Positions 25,351-38,422 are shown, counted from the first letter of the stretch. The stretch is 64,000 bases of DNA from Utricularia gibba (GCA_002189035.1 NEEC01000018.1:2170001-2234000), one strand, 5' to 3'. Notes: generated by a model not told the origin, from the letters alone. Made by a program: numbers and translations.

Positions 25351-25625
25351 CTACACATTCATCATGAATTTGTCTTGTGCTGCAACGGAGGTTTTGTAGT
25401 GGGTGATTGCAGCTTCAATGGCGGCGTGCAATTCTTCCATCGTGCTATCGCTTTTGCCTGGGAGTCGAATCGCCCCTCGATATTAGAAACCCGCTGTTCG
25501 CAAGGGAATTCCTCACCGACTCGGGGGTCGCATTGCCCCCCTCCTCCATTTCACCTCCTTCATTCTCGTTCTCAAGTTACTGGACGATAAAGAATACGAC
25601 TGCCGATCGATCGGAGAATCCTTCC
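25351..25625 (-). pseudogene. 3' fragment of the BKI1/MAKR-like gene, part of a duplicated block (about 24670-25625, similar to about 34195-35190)
   Basis: DNA nearly matches 34907-35190 (...AAIEAAITH... end) with extra indels (37 vs 39 nt across tggaggag...gtgagg). No 5' half. Confidence 0.8.
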
Positions 25626-26164
25626 CCCCACCTCCTGCGTTGCCGCAACTCTGATAACAGACGGAAGAAGAGAGTAAGCTCGGACATGGGACTCATCATA
25701 GTATCCCAATGCCGCGAAATGGGCCATTCACCATATCCATAAGGACAAGACGCAACGATTGAGCCCACTAAGCATAGGAACTGGGCTGCACTCAAGAATC
25801 CTATACACAAAAAAGACGGCTACAAATCAGTAGTAAGTGCGGTAACGGCTATGACTTGCCCGAACGACAACGGCTCTTTTTGGGAAATGTCTATAAATAC
25901 TTGTTGCACACATGAACACCAATAATCCGGTTTTTTTTCCTGAAAGAAAGAAAGCTTTTCAAGTGAATATTGATCCATTTCAATATCCAAGCTCCACAGC
26001 ATATCATACAACAGCATATATACAATATCGCTTTCATGGTGGATCCGACGTGAAAGAAGCAAAATTGTAGAGATCAATCTCCCAAAATCCTGGTTCCACG
26101 TTCACTCTCTAACAAGTATTTCACTTGTTCTTTGTGTGTTTATCTCTCTGTATGTGCAGCGTGA

Positions 26165-26260
26165 CACAATGGCCTCAAATGTATCCTATCACAAACATAA
26201 CCCAGCCCATATTTGATGGCAAAGAATACGACATTTGAACACCAAAGATGAAAATTTACC
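26165..26260 (+). mobile_element. Possible copia gag N-terminal relic
   Basis: atggcctcaaat...cagcccatatttgatggcaaagaatacgacatttga...aagatgaaa reads like MASN...QPIFDGKEYDI(W)..KMK, with TGA in place of W. Confidence 0.45.
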
Positions 26261-27290
26261 TACAATTACATGGACTCTGGAACCTCATACCCACATATCC
26301 ACCTCCCTGCTTTGAAGGTGCCCTTTAAAAAAAACGATTAGCTGAATTTTCCGTGTTGCTTTGAATCACATACGTGGGACTCATCCCCTCAACAGCATGG
26401 TAAACATCCTCTCCTAATCATTTTAGATACGGTGGAATTTGCCGTGTTGCTTTTGAAATAAGTCACATCTCCTTTCCTGTTAAATTTCACACACTCGGTG
26501 CCCGTATCATTTCACTTTTAAAACCTACTTTCTAAAAACCAAGAAATTGTTTTGGAAAACAGCATACAATAGCTGCAAAAGGACGCATCCTGCTATTAGG
26601 TTTCATCTCATAGCATGCCTATAATTATTATGCGCAACATAGGTTAACTTCGCACTTGATATCTACTATGTCGATAGTTGGGATGTTTGTATCTACTTTT
26701 TAATGTAACTTTGTAGTTATTAATGTCTGCAGTTGCCTATATTTCTCATTAGCATGTTTGAGGTTGTCAATATGCATCTACCTTAATTTGACTCTGTGAA
26801 GTGAATTTATGTTCATATTTATCGAGTATTTTTGTTTTGTTTTTCATAAAGAACACATTTTATGTCGTTGGTAAAATGTTAATATACGAAAAAAATTACA
26901 TTTTGGGATTGTTTTTGCATCAGAAAGAAGATGTTCGATTTTATTTTTTTTGCAGCAGAGATGATTCCGATTATTTTTTTGATCAGCAAAGAATTTCTTT
27001 TTTTAATTTTTTTTTTGAAGATAAAAGTAATCAGAATACTTAGTTCGAATTACAAATTTTAAATGCTTCTATTTTATACAATTTTTCAATTCACTCTACA
27101 AGGAGACGTGAATCCAAAGTATGAAGCCCTAAATCACGACTATATTCCACATTGCAAAGTCTTAATTGAAACAATATATAATTATGATAGAATGTTGGGG
27201 AATTTCGGTGAACACCAATTCTCCAAGGGCTTGTGAGACAGCTGATCGCTTATAAGACATGAAAGCCCATGAGAAGTCTACACACAGTAC

Positions 27291-27293
<3 letters not shown>

Positions 27294-27325
<32 letters not shown>
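27294..27325. repeat. (AG)16 microsatellite directly abutting the GALT start codon
   Basis: An uninterrupted AG run ends at the A of ATG 27326. Confidence 0.95.
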
Positions 27326-27329
<4 letters not shown>

Positions 27330-29948
27330 GGAAGGTGACAACGTATAGCGTTCTTCTTCAGAGCTCAGCTAGAGTTCTGATTTTCGGTTTTTTTTTTAGC
27401 ATCATAATAATTCTGGTCGACTTTCCTGTCTTTAAAGACGGGGAGAATTCGAAGGGGAAGCAAGCTCCTGTTCGTCCTCTTTATTCCGCAAACCCAAACA
27501 AACGAAAGGAGTTGCCAAAGCCTTGGCTTTCCAGCTTGAATTTATCTGCAGCCATTTTAAATACGACCTCCGAAACACATCATATGAAGACAACAAGAGA
27601 AGCTATTGTACTAGGCAGACAGCTCTGGGAAGAAATTGAGTTGATCCACGGTGAGGCTAGTAAAAGGTCCCATGCTAAGAGTGACTCGAAGCCTTGCAGG
27701 CATTCGATATCGGTTGCTAGGGATGAATTCGCGAAGAATGAGAATTTGCTAGTTTTGCCTTGTGGGCTCACTTTCGGCTCGGCTATAACAATCGTTGGAA
27801 CGCCGAACGGTTCACAGTTGGTGGTAGAATTGCAGGGAATAAAGATAATGGAAGAGGAGTACACACCGAGATTCCTGCATTTTAATCCAAGGTTGAAGGG
27901 CGATTGGAGTGGGAAGCCTGTTATTGAAATGAATACTTGTTACAGATTTCAATGGCGAACTCCACAACGTTGTGAAGGTTTGAGGTCCCAAGCAGATGAG
28001 GAGACTGGTCAGTGCGATATTTATCAAGTTTTGCGTTAAATTTACGCTTTCCATGTATTGTTTCCTATGTAAAAATCTAAAATTTATTTCACACCTTACT
28101 TTTGTTTCTAGTTACTTGAAACATCCTTTTTGTGTTAGAAAATTATGCTCACTTTTGAATAAATTGAGACTAAAAGGAACTCTGGAAGCAAATTTAGGCT
28201 GTCGGTTGGAAATTATCCATGAGAATAGCAATACTTATGCACCCATTTTGGCTTAATTTTCTGCAGTTGACGGAATGGTCAAGTGTGAGAAGTGGATACT
28301 CGATGAGGATTACAAGCTAGAGAAATCCAATGTTACACGGAAAGCAGCAAATGCATCAGTTGATTGGCCATTTCCATTTGCACAAGGCAAAGTATTCAGT
28401 CTCACTCTCACAGCGGGCTTGGAAGGTTATCACGTCAATGTGGATAGGGAGCACCTCGCCTCCTTTCCATACCCCATTGTGAGAACTACAATGTTTAATT
28501 TTTTTAAAATGATATTTCAGAGTACTAAATTTTCACTCATATCCACCAGGGGTTCAGTCTGGGAGATGCCACCGGATTGTCAATAACCGGGGATGTGGAG
28601 GTTCAATCGGTTCATTGCGCTTCACTGCCATCATCATACCCCACATTTTCCCCCATGAGTCATCTTGAATTTTCTGAAAGATGGAAGGCACCACCTCTTA
28701 ATGATACGCCAGTTGAACTTTTCATTGGTGTTATTTCTGCTGGAAGCCATTTTACTGAAAGGATGGCTATAAGAAAGTCTTGGATGCAGCATCACTTAAT
28801 CAAGTCAACCACAGTTGCTGCACGCTTTTTCGTTGCATTGGTGAGTTCGCAAGACTTCGTTTTTGTATTTTTATCATTCTGCACACTCGGAATTGAACCT
28901 TCGGTCATCACTTGCTCCAAAGGGGCCTATGAATGTCATAGCCACACAGGCTTTGTCAAAATATCCATGAACTTACGTGTGCCTCCATGTTGCATAGAAT
29001 GGAAGGAAAGAGATCAACATGGAAGTACTGAAGGAAGCCGAGTTTTTCCAAGACACTGTTATAGTACCACACGTGGACTTCTACAACCTCACTGCTTTGA
29101 AAACTGTTGCCATTTGCGATTACGGGGTCAGCAGTCCATATTTTACTACACACTGTTTTTCTTATTATTCTACAAATCCGCTTCCAACTAACTCAACAGT
29201 TGTTTTTTCAGGTAACAAGAATTCCATCAAAATATATTATGAAGTGTGATGATGACTCGTTTATAGGGGTAGGTGGTATTATTCAGGAACTGAGAAAATT
29301 TGAAAATAAGAGCAGCTTGTATATGGGGAATATGTTGTATAATAATATGCCAACGCGTAGTGGTAAATGGACTATGAGCTTCGAGGTACTCTCTCTCTCT
29401 CTCTCTCTAGCTTATTTGTGTGAAAAATGAGCCTCTTTCTTTTTTTAGTTTTACCGGTTTTGTACTTATGCCCTTCTACAGATGTGTGTTTTGTGCCTTT
29501 TTATTTTTTCTGAATGTACAATTGGCTTACTACTTTTTAGGAATGGCCCGACAAGCCATTTCTTCCCTACGCATGTGGGCCGGGTTATATTCTATCACCT
29601 GACATTGCAAAGTACATTGTTTCCGAATTTAATCATCACAGACTTCCGGTAAGCGTAGAAAAGTTTCCTTTCCTTCACAACTACAATCACCAGTTGGATC
29701 TCAGTGAGTTTCTTTTTTTTCTTTTTCTTTTGTTCCAGTTATGCTCATTGGAAGATGTTGCAACCGGAATATGGGTGTCCAGCTACAATACTACTGTGCC
29801 AGTTAAATACATCCACAACTCCTCGAAGTTCTGCACTAAAGAGTGCGCAGAGGGTTGCATAGTGTCTCATTACCAGACTCCGCGGCAGATGTTTTGCATA
29901 TGGGACAAGTTAACTCGTTTCGAACGCCCTGCTTGTTGCAATAAGTGA
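27326..29948 (+). CDS. GT31 beta-1,3-galactosyltransferase with galectin domain (hydroxyproline O-galactosyltransferase GALT2-6-like); exons 27326-28007, 28267-28478, 28550-28840, 28998-29126, 29212-29385, 29541-29648, 29739-29948
   Basis: TM near the N-terminus. LPCGLTFGS.IT.VGTP, LHFNPRLKGDWSGKPVIEMNTCYR.QW, DGMVKCEKW, WPFPF, LFIGVISAG.HF.ERMA.RKSWMQ, KYIMKCDDD, GPGY, EDV. All seven exons join in frame at GT-AG sites. Confidence 0.93.
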
Positions 29949-31305
29949 TGAACTTACTCGGAAATACCTTGCAGCACAATTCAATTCCTGTTGGAAGACC
30001 TTTATCATATATGTAACGATAAATAAGTCCTTCATTTCCATTCGGATTAGCTCATGAAGGATTGTTCGTGTTTGATGTAGTGTTGTATCGTCTCTGCAGT
30101 GAATGCATACGAATGACAGTGTCTTTAGTGGATTAAGTCACAGCTGCTAAGTGATGAATGTCGAATATTAAAGCCGAACGTTTCCTATAATCACTACACA
30201 TGCAACAAAACAAGCTAACCCTCTGAAATAAAGATGTAAATTTATCAAAATCAATCATCAGACTGAAATACAAATGAGAGAATATAATTCTCAATACCCC
30301 CTTAATTTTGAAGTTATACCTCTAGGTGTGTTAGATTTCGAAAAAATTGATATATCAAAAAAAATTTAATAACCATGCTTAGTGGTAAAGACATATGTAT
30401 AAAAAAATATTTGATTGATAAATTGAAAGTAATATAGAAAATACTTTAGATGGATTTATTTTATAAAAATATATTTTTAAAAAAATAATATAAAAAATTA
30501 TCTAATAAATCAAATCAATAATAGAAGAATGAGAAATATTATAATGGGGTGAAAAACATAGTGCAAAAAAATGGAAATGATAGGAAAAATCCTAACATGG
30601 TCCTAGAAAGGGTAAAATTATCTTATATCATTTGAGATATTCAAATCTAACTTCTATCAAAACAAAAAACGCAAGTTCAACAAGCAATTAAATATAGTAA
30701 TAACAAGTGTGAATCCCTCTACAAAAAAAATGAATTTTAACTATAAATTGTCAAGATTACAAACTTACCACAAAGTCAATGGAGTGCTAAGGATGAGGAG
30801 AAATAAGGAAGGATGGGAGATATAATTAAGAATTGGCCTAAGGTATGAATATATTTGAGAAATAAGATATCTCTTTGATAGCAATCTTTCAATACTTTGA
30901 GCATCAAATCCGTGCAGATTCAAAGTTTACCATTTTATTGTCCATTAGTTGAATTTGTTAGTTTTTGTGGCTTGCTCTATATATAAAGTTTGAATTAGTG
31001 TAAAACCGATTGAGCAAAAATACAGAGAATTTCTTCACTGCATTTTTATTTCATAAATCTTATGCCAAATTGAAGTAGGTATTTGACAAGAGGTTTTTGG
31101 TACTCAAAAATAAAGGGAATGCATCAATTAAATCTAACTTCTCCGACAGATTGGAGACAGTTAAAAGCGTCAAGACAAGAGTTTTCACAAACCTTCATTT
31201 ATCGTCAACTAAAGTACTCTCATATTCGTAGCTTCGGGACTCATTTAGCGCCATAACGTGCTTCTCAATTCCGACATTACAAAACACAATGTCAATACTT
31301 GAACG

Positions 31306-31850
31306 TTAATAATTAATATCAGCTACAAAGTCCCTATTAATTAAAGCATGATACAAGCTACAAAATTTTAATATTAAGCTACGTTTTAACAAATCATTTT
31401 AGAATTGGGTTTAATAGAATAGTAATTAATGTCAGCTACAAAGTCCCTATTAATTAAAACATGATACCACCTACAAAATGTGAATGTTAAGCTACGTTTC
31501 AAAAAATTGTTTTCGAATTGAGTTTAATAGAATAGTAATTAATATCAACTACAAAGACCTTATTAATTAAAACATGATACCACCTACGAAATTTGAATGT
31601 TATGCTACGTTTTAAAAATTGTTTTAGAATTGAGTTTAATAGAATAGAAAGTATTATCAGCTACAAAGTCCCTATTAATTAAAACATGATACCTCCTACA
31701 AAATATGAATGTTAAGCTACGTTTTAAAAAATTGTTTTAGAATTGAGTTTAATAGAATAATATTTAATATCAGCTATCAAGACCCTATTAATTAAAACAT
31801 GATACCACCAACAAAATTTGAATGTTAAGCTACATTTTGAAAAATCGTTT
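31306..31850. repeat. Tandem repeat with a unit of about 113 bp, about 4.8 copies
   Basis: The motif cta(c)aa(g)tccctattaattaaa.catgatac recurs at 31323, 31436, 31549, 31661 and 31774. Confidence 0.92.
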
Positions 31851-32930
31851 GAAAAATAAGAACAAGAAAATCGAAATATGAACTATCTCTTATTCTTATT
31901 ATAAGATACTAAGATTAAGGGGTATGTGCTTGGTACATTTACGTCATATTTGATCCTGTTGATCAAGTGTCTACAAATAAGACATAATTTTAAGTGTTTA
32001 GTGCGTTTTCTTCAACTTTTACGTCTTAATCTTACTGAATATACCAAAGAAAAACCCCTTTTAAATTAAATAATGAAGTGCAAGCCTTCTCAAGTCGATT
32101 AATTTAACCCAAATTCTATTTTAAATGGGTTCCAAACCATAGATCATTAGATCGAGGAACCTCCTGTAATTGTTGTCCATGACCTCTCACACACACTCAC
32201 ATATTTGTTTTAGTAAAAATTTCACAATTTTACGCACCATTGACAAGATATAAAAGTTTCAAAGGGGAGCCCTAGCCCATAAACCATTGACGTGTAACGA
32301 GAGATACATGAAATTAATTGGTCCATTATACTTAAGATTTAGATGAATAAACATTTAGTCGGGTTTAATGGAACCATAAATAATCAACATGATACTATTA
32401 AAAAGATAATGTAACTCGCAGCCCTAACCAAACCCGTTCTCTTTGTTTTCAAAGGGGAGCCCTAGCCCAGAATAAGCATTTTATTTTTCAATGGCAGTTG
32501 AACGTAAATTAGGTCTTGAGAAAACCCTAAATTTTTGTAGATTTTTTGTGTCCACTTTCGATTATTTTCATGATTCCATTTTCTGATAACCCACCCTGAA
32601 ACTTTTATGTGCCACCTTCGTGCCATTGTAAATTTGCAAGTTGCCACACAACATGTTTCTGAGGTGGTTTTCGAATTCAAAATTGGTATGGTATTCGCTA
32701 TCCTAAACCTAATGCTCACCCTTAATGAACATCACAAAAAGCCAAAAAAAACCTCCAATACTGCATTCCCAGTAGGTTTTCGAATTGTGATGGCCATCGA
32801 AGCTGCAGTTGCTATGACTGCCAGGTTTAGGGTGGACTAATTTGCTGATATCCGGAAACTCAACGAACAATACCATTTTATAATCAAATAAATCATGTAC
32901 GAACATTGAAATTTTGTATAGCATATGTTA
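31850..32930. repeat. Duplicated module A, copy 3 (5'-truncated)
   Basis: Collinear with about 12198-13230 and about 17960-18905. Confidence 0.85.
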
Positions 32931-33099
32931 GAACAAATGATTCTACATTGAGATTTAAAAGTAAAATTATTATGTATATAAAAAAATATAGATTACTAAT
33001 AATTGATTTATCCTAATTTTTTAATGTTATTCATATTCCTTGTATAACTGAACTTCACATGTGCTCATCCGATATATTAGATCCTTAATTTCAATAGCA

Positions 33100-33295
33100 T
33101 GTGCAAGTACCCCCGCAGATAAGCTGCGGCCAGAAGGAAGACTGATGCAACTAGTTTACCAATGCTCTTGTAAGGATTTGAATCATCTTATTTCCCATAA
33201 TGCTTACGGTAGTTATGATGTTGAAAGCTCTGTGATTCTTGTAAGGAAAGTGAGGTTATTTATAGAACTTCTTAGATCAAACAGAAGTACATTAA
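33100..33295 (-). pseudogene. Relic of the 5' UTR and exon 1 of the MT2/MT3-type methyltransferase
   Basis: ATG at 33198 gives ATGGGAAATAAG-ATGATTCAAATCCTTACAAGAGC, against MT2 ATGGGGACTAAGGATGATTCACATCCTTACAAGAGC (1-nt loss). Upstream ctgtgattcttgtaaggaaa.tgaggttatttatagaactt is shared with 42825-42865. Confidence 0.82.
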
Positions 33296-33419
33296 ATGTA
33301 TACTACTATAAACATTGTTATAAGCTTTTTTTTTTCGCACAAAACGATGATAGTTACCCTCATTTTTACAATTCGTTTTCCATTTCTCATTATACTATTT
33401 TAATTTGTTTGGAAAAAAT

Positions 33420-34190
33420 ATATATTTTGTGTATACTTTTAGGGTGTTTTTGCACCAACACAATAAAAATTAAATCCTGATAATTTTGAGCACAAGGTGC
33501 ACGAATTTAGAGTTCTAATGGATTAAAGATGTGATAATATTGTTGCACCAGACATCCAAATTTGTTAAAATACTATATACAAATATTTCTATACATTCAT
33601 AAACATATTTTTTTTTTTCAATCGAATGAATGACAAATCTTTAAGACATGATGGATATTCATAAATAGAATTAATCAAAAAAATTATAATTATGAGATAT
33701 CATTGGATACAAGTGCGATTAATCAATGTTTTTAAATGATTAAATTAATATGAATATATAACTAACCCATTCTATGATTTAAAAAATTATAATTTATGAA
33801 ATCAAAGAGTAGTTTGACTGGAAAATAGGTATTAGAACACATCATCCCACAACAAAAAAATGAAAATAAAATAATTAAATATATATTAGAGATTGCAAAT
33901 CACTAATAATTGATTGAGGTTAATTTTTTTTAATGTGATCTATCTTTGTTATGTAATTGAGATTCACACATGTTTCCACAATCAATCAAATTCTTAATTT
34001 CAACACAAATTCAAGATGGTGAATACTACATAGAGATGTCGTCACAAAACAAACTGCGATACACAATAAACTCATATTTGGTACATGGATTGCAGGTAAA
34101 AATATACCTGTTTCGTCCCTATACACCCATCAAAAATGAGTGCAGATAGATTTACATGAACTAAAGGGGGGAGGTCAGTTTATATAAACA
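33420..34190. repeat. Duplicated non-coding block, similar to about 14540-15180 and 15480-15605
   Basis: Shared strings such as aaggtgcacgaatttagagttctaatggattaaagat and aataaactcatatttg.tacatgg.ttgca. Confidence 0.8.
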
Positions 34191-34906
34191 GCAATAACTA
34201 ATTCCAATACCAAAAAGAAAAACTTAGGCAAATGCATTAACCAATGTTAATACAATATAAAAATTGAAATAGATTCATGATTAAAAAATTAAATTAAAAT
34301 AAGATATAGCAAATAAAACTAAATCTGAAATTTGAACTGCTAATGTAAATCACTCTTGTTAAGTTATTTAATAGATTTGAACTTCAATATTAATAAGTTA
34401 TTGAATATTTTGAATTATTGTAATTGAGTCAAATTAATATGAATATCAGAAAAAAAAAGTGCAGCTCGGATTAAATCGAATCTCAAATGCCGATTGAGTG
34501 GTTCGATTCGTTGGGCTAAAAACACGGGTTGCCCTGAAAATGCTAAATTCAGGTAGCATGAAGAAAGGGGTTGCCTAATTGGGCTTTTGAATTAGGGCTT
34601 AAATGCCATAGGCCCAATCCAGAGGACCTCTTAGCCCAAGGCTGTGGGAGTCTCTTCCCCTTGGAATGGGATGATTGGGTTTTTATTGTGACTAAATCTA
34701 AAGTATTAGGGTACATAATTATACATAAAAAAAATAAAATTTTGAATATAATCTATGTTTATTGTATCTTTAGATTTCACACATATTAATCCGATCAATC
34801 GGATTTTTAATTTAAATTAAGAATGATTCAATTAGCATGGTTAAATCTAAAAAAACTCCGATGATGATCCGTTATGAAAACAAATCCTGACCGGTTGCTA
34901 AGAGTA

Positions 34907-35577
34907 CTACACATTCATCATGAATTTGTCTTGTGCTGCAACGGAGGTTTTGCAGTGGGTGATTGCAGCTTCAATGGCGGCGTGCAATTCTTTCATCGTG
35001 CTATCGCTTTTGCCCATCGGAGTCGAATCGCCCCTCGATATTAGAAACCCGCTGTTCGCAGGGGAATTCCTCACCGACTCCGGGGTCGGCATTGCCCCTC
35101 TCCTCCATTTCACCTCCTGCATTTTCGTTCTCAAGTTACTGGACGATAAAGAATACGACTTCCGATCGATCGGGGAATCCTTCGCCCCTGGCTTCCCCTG
35201 GTTTTAAGCGAGCCCAGCAACGGCTTCACCATTCCTACGTACCACTTCATAACATCGAATCTCAGTCTCCTTTTCTTGCTCTCTTTGCCGCTATCTTTGA
35301 CCCCCTTTTCCGATCTGTGAAAAGAGAATGACTTTGATTCTCCTCTTTTCTTCACCAGTTTACTCCTTTCATCAATGATTCTTCTTGAGCTCGTATTCCC
35401 TGTAGAAGATTCTTCTTTCCAGAGCCTCGATTCTGATTCCAATCCATTTGAGATTCTGTCGAGGGGGAGGAGTTGGCCGTGGAAGAAGATCTCACCCGCT
35501 GGAGACAAATCGCAGGCGGGTTTCTCCGATGAGAAGATGGCGAAGGAGAATTCGTCGGCTGGGGGAGACGCTCTCAT
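34907..35577 (-). pseudogene. BKI1/membrane-associated kinase regulator (MAKR)-like gene with a frameshift near 35190-35215
   Basis: N-part has DEFSF and LSPAGEIFFHGQLLPL plus a basic KKRR tract. In another frame the C-part has RKSYSLS, WRRG..PTPESVRNSPANSGFL and STMKELHAAIEAAITHCKTS, which are BKI1/MAKR hallmarks. Confidence 0.8.
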
Positions 35578-35719
35578 TCATACGCTAGAGTCCTAGACCA
35601 GCGCTTTGTCCCACTGCTTGTCTTTTAATAGTCATTTGCAATGAATTTTTATTTAACACATCTTGTAATGATAAATTATTATATTATCTTTATTATTTTT
35701 AAAAAATTTACAATTATCC

Positions 35720-36125
35720 ATTTTATATAATATTTTTATACAAAAAAACATGATAAATAACTATTTATTAAATAAATTTTTTAATAAAACATAATTATGT
35801 TTTTAAATTATTACTTTTGTATAAATTAATTTCATTTACCTTACAATCCATTACAGAAAGTTTCCCATTGTATGGTGTCATTCCCGCATCGCCCTGACAC
35901 GCGGACACGTGTGAATAAAAAAAACATGAGCATGTGGATTTGCTGGCATGCGTCCGCTCAGACACCCGGAACGGAATCCGACAAGAAATAGAAAACACCG
36001 AATCCATTTTACGATCCCAGGCTCTGAAAAACAGCACACCAGAGCAAAAAGAAGGAAGCAGTCAACCAGCAGCATGCATCTCCTTCCACTTTGGGTTCTC
36101 GGGTGACCCATTTTCGAAATAAGGA
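35720..36125. repeat. Duplicated block also at about 40440-40860
   Basis: Shared gtcattcccgcatcgcc, gtggatttgctggcatgcgtccgctc and ccactttgggttctcgggtgacccattttcgaaat. Confidence 0.85.
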
Positions 36126-36686
36126 ATATGCCCAAGATTATCGGGAGTTATTGGAGAGAATAACTCTGTCTATTTTAACTCTATAAGTATCTCTGATTGG
36201 CGATGAGTATTGAGTGACAAGCATGATTCTATCCGGTGTGAGTGTTGATGTGGTAAATGGAATGATGCTAATTGAAAGAAAAGTCATATATAAATCAGAG
36301 ATATTGTAAAAATATGTAAAAAAAATAATTATAGAGAAAATTAACTTTACATTTATTCAAAAATCAATAATTCATCAAAAGTCTTGAACAATTTGCTTGC
36401 TATTCTAGCACCAATACTCAGTTATTGAGGGCTGATTTTCTAACTGGTTTTACCTGGTAAAATATGCGTCCCACACAACTACAAAAACACAACATTGTAA
36501 GGCCAGCGGGAATCAGATTGCCGCTTCTTCTCGGGTGTATCCCATCAAGTTGAACAACGTTTTCTGCTCTCCAATGGCTCAAAATTGGTTTCTGAGGAAA
36601 ATCTACCTTGTTTCAAGCTGATTATGATAACATTTTAATATCCGTATCGAGTACACGTTGCAAATGACATATCACATAAAATGACG

Positions 36687-38299
36687 TTAAGGAAACCCAT
36701 CCACGGACCAGTTCCTCGCAGAGGGGTCGGTTCTGGGTGACGCCATATACCGCTTCCATTCACTCAGGACAACCTTGAGCCCTCGTAGCTTAACATCCAG
36801 GCCAATGCGACAATTCGCATGCATCGTCACAACTGTGTCAAGATCCTTGCTTGGCTCGCAGAAAGTGCTGATGTAGCTCGTATTGAAGAACCGCATCGTC
36901 ATGTTGACCCGATCTATGAATGGGCTGAATTTGACGCGGTTAAGCACATCCTGCTCGTTCGCTCCAGGGTAGTAATCCTGAGCATGGTTCCAGAACTTAA
37001 AAAATTTTATAGTCCTGTTATTGGATTTGACGTAGAAGAATCCACAGTTGAGGTTGCTTCTCCTGTCTGTGGAGCCGAACTGGTTAGAGTCGCACGCGAT
37101 CTGGAAGTCACCTTCTGGGTAGAAATATTGGAATGGATTGCGTAACCACATTATATCGACATCCTGAAATTTGAAGTGGGGTGAAACTTCTCTTAGCATG
37201 CGCTACAAAACTCACATAAGACAATGCAGTTGAAATGCTCTAAGAAATACACAGGTGATGAAAAGGGGAGAATGCACCCAATGCCTTCTGCGATGCCCTG
37301 GAAGAACGTGCGTTATGAGATTTACTTACCAGTTTCATCTTTCAAGACCTCGAATTACATTTTTCTAATCAATGGAGGTAGTAAAAACGAGTTCTTGCCA
37401 TTGATGGCCGAGTGTTACCGTGAGGACGAAATCGTATCCCAATTCAAGCACAGTTCCCAGAAGTTGAAGCCTTCTCCACATCATATAGAGGTAATCTGCG
37501 CTCATGAAAACCTTCTGTGCGGACAAGTTAATGTCACTTTGTAGCGCATAGCAATGAAATCGTGCATCCAGGCAACGTGAATACGCAATTTCATCAAACG
37601 TCACAAATACCAAGTGGTTAACAAGCCTTTGAGTCTCATTTCCAATTCGAAAACTCTCGAGAAATAAATCGAGTGTTGAGTTGGGCTCCGTCCACGCTGC
37701 GTTTAAGGTTGTTATGATCACTGTTTTCTTGTCCTCCATCACCGCCTTCTCTAGTACCTTTTTGAGCTCCGCCTTCTCTTGAGTTTCCTGTGTCATAGAT
37801 AAACTAGCATTCTATTATATCAGACATGGAATAAAAAACAACCAAGAACACACATTTGACGCTAAGAATTTCCCCAGGATGTGACCAGGCGGAATCACCA
37901 TTTCACTCCCAATTCCCAAGTGTATTTTGTGTGTCCTGATTGAAGTTTTAAGTGTTTCTTATGATATGGTTGGATGAAATCTTCATATCTTCTGAATACT
38001 GAAGATAATGTTCCTCTTGTGATTTCGCTTGGAATCACCTGGGAGTCTCTTATCCGATCACCTCCTTCTGCTCCAGGACAAGATTCAGATGCGACGGAAG
38101 ACGATTCCCGAAAGTACATCATGAGATCTTCTTGGCCAAAGTGCCTAACTGTGACAACAAGGATACTGATGACCACAAAAAGTATAACCACCGTCTCAAC
38201 GTCCCTCCACACAACAAAAAATCTGCGCTTCTTCACATCACTCCGATAGTACTCTGAGTCGGGGACTGAGCTGCTGCTCCCTTCCACCAAGGAAGCCAT
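36687..38299 (-). CDS. GT77/Nucleotid_trans-like glycosyltransferase copy d; exons 38299-38039, 37787-37419, 37163-36687
   Basis: Same exon lengths as copy c (261/369/477 nt) and closely similar sequence, including introns. DVDIMW DxD motif and HANC. Confidence 0.92.
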
Positions 38300-38422
38300 T
38301 TTTCTTTCCGAAGGAGCCAGCACTAGTGTCTTCTTAACTCGAATAATTATTTATAGTAGCTAAATGTACATAGATAAAAAAGAAACTAATTCAATAGTTG
38401 CTAATACAAATGTAGATGCATT

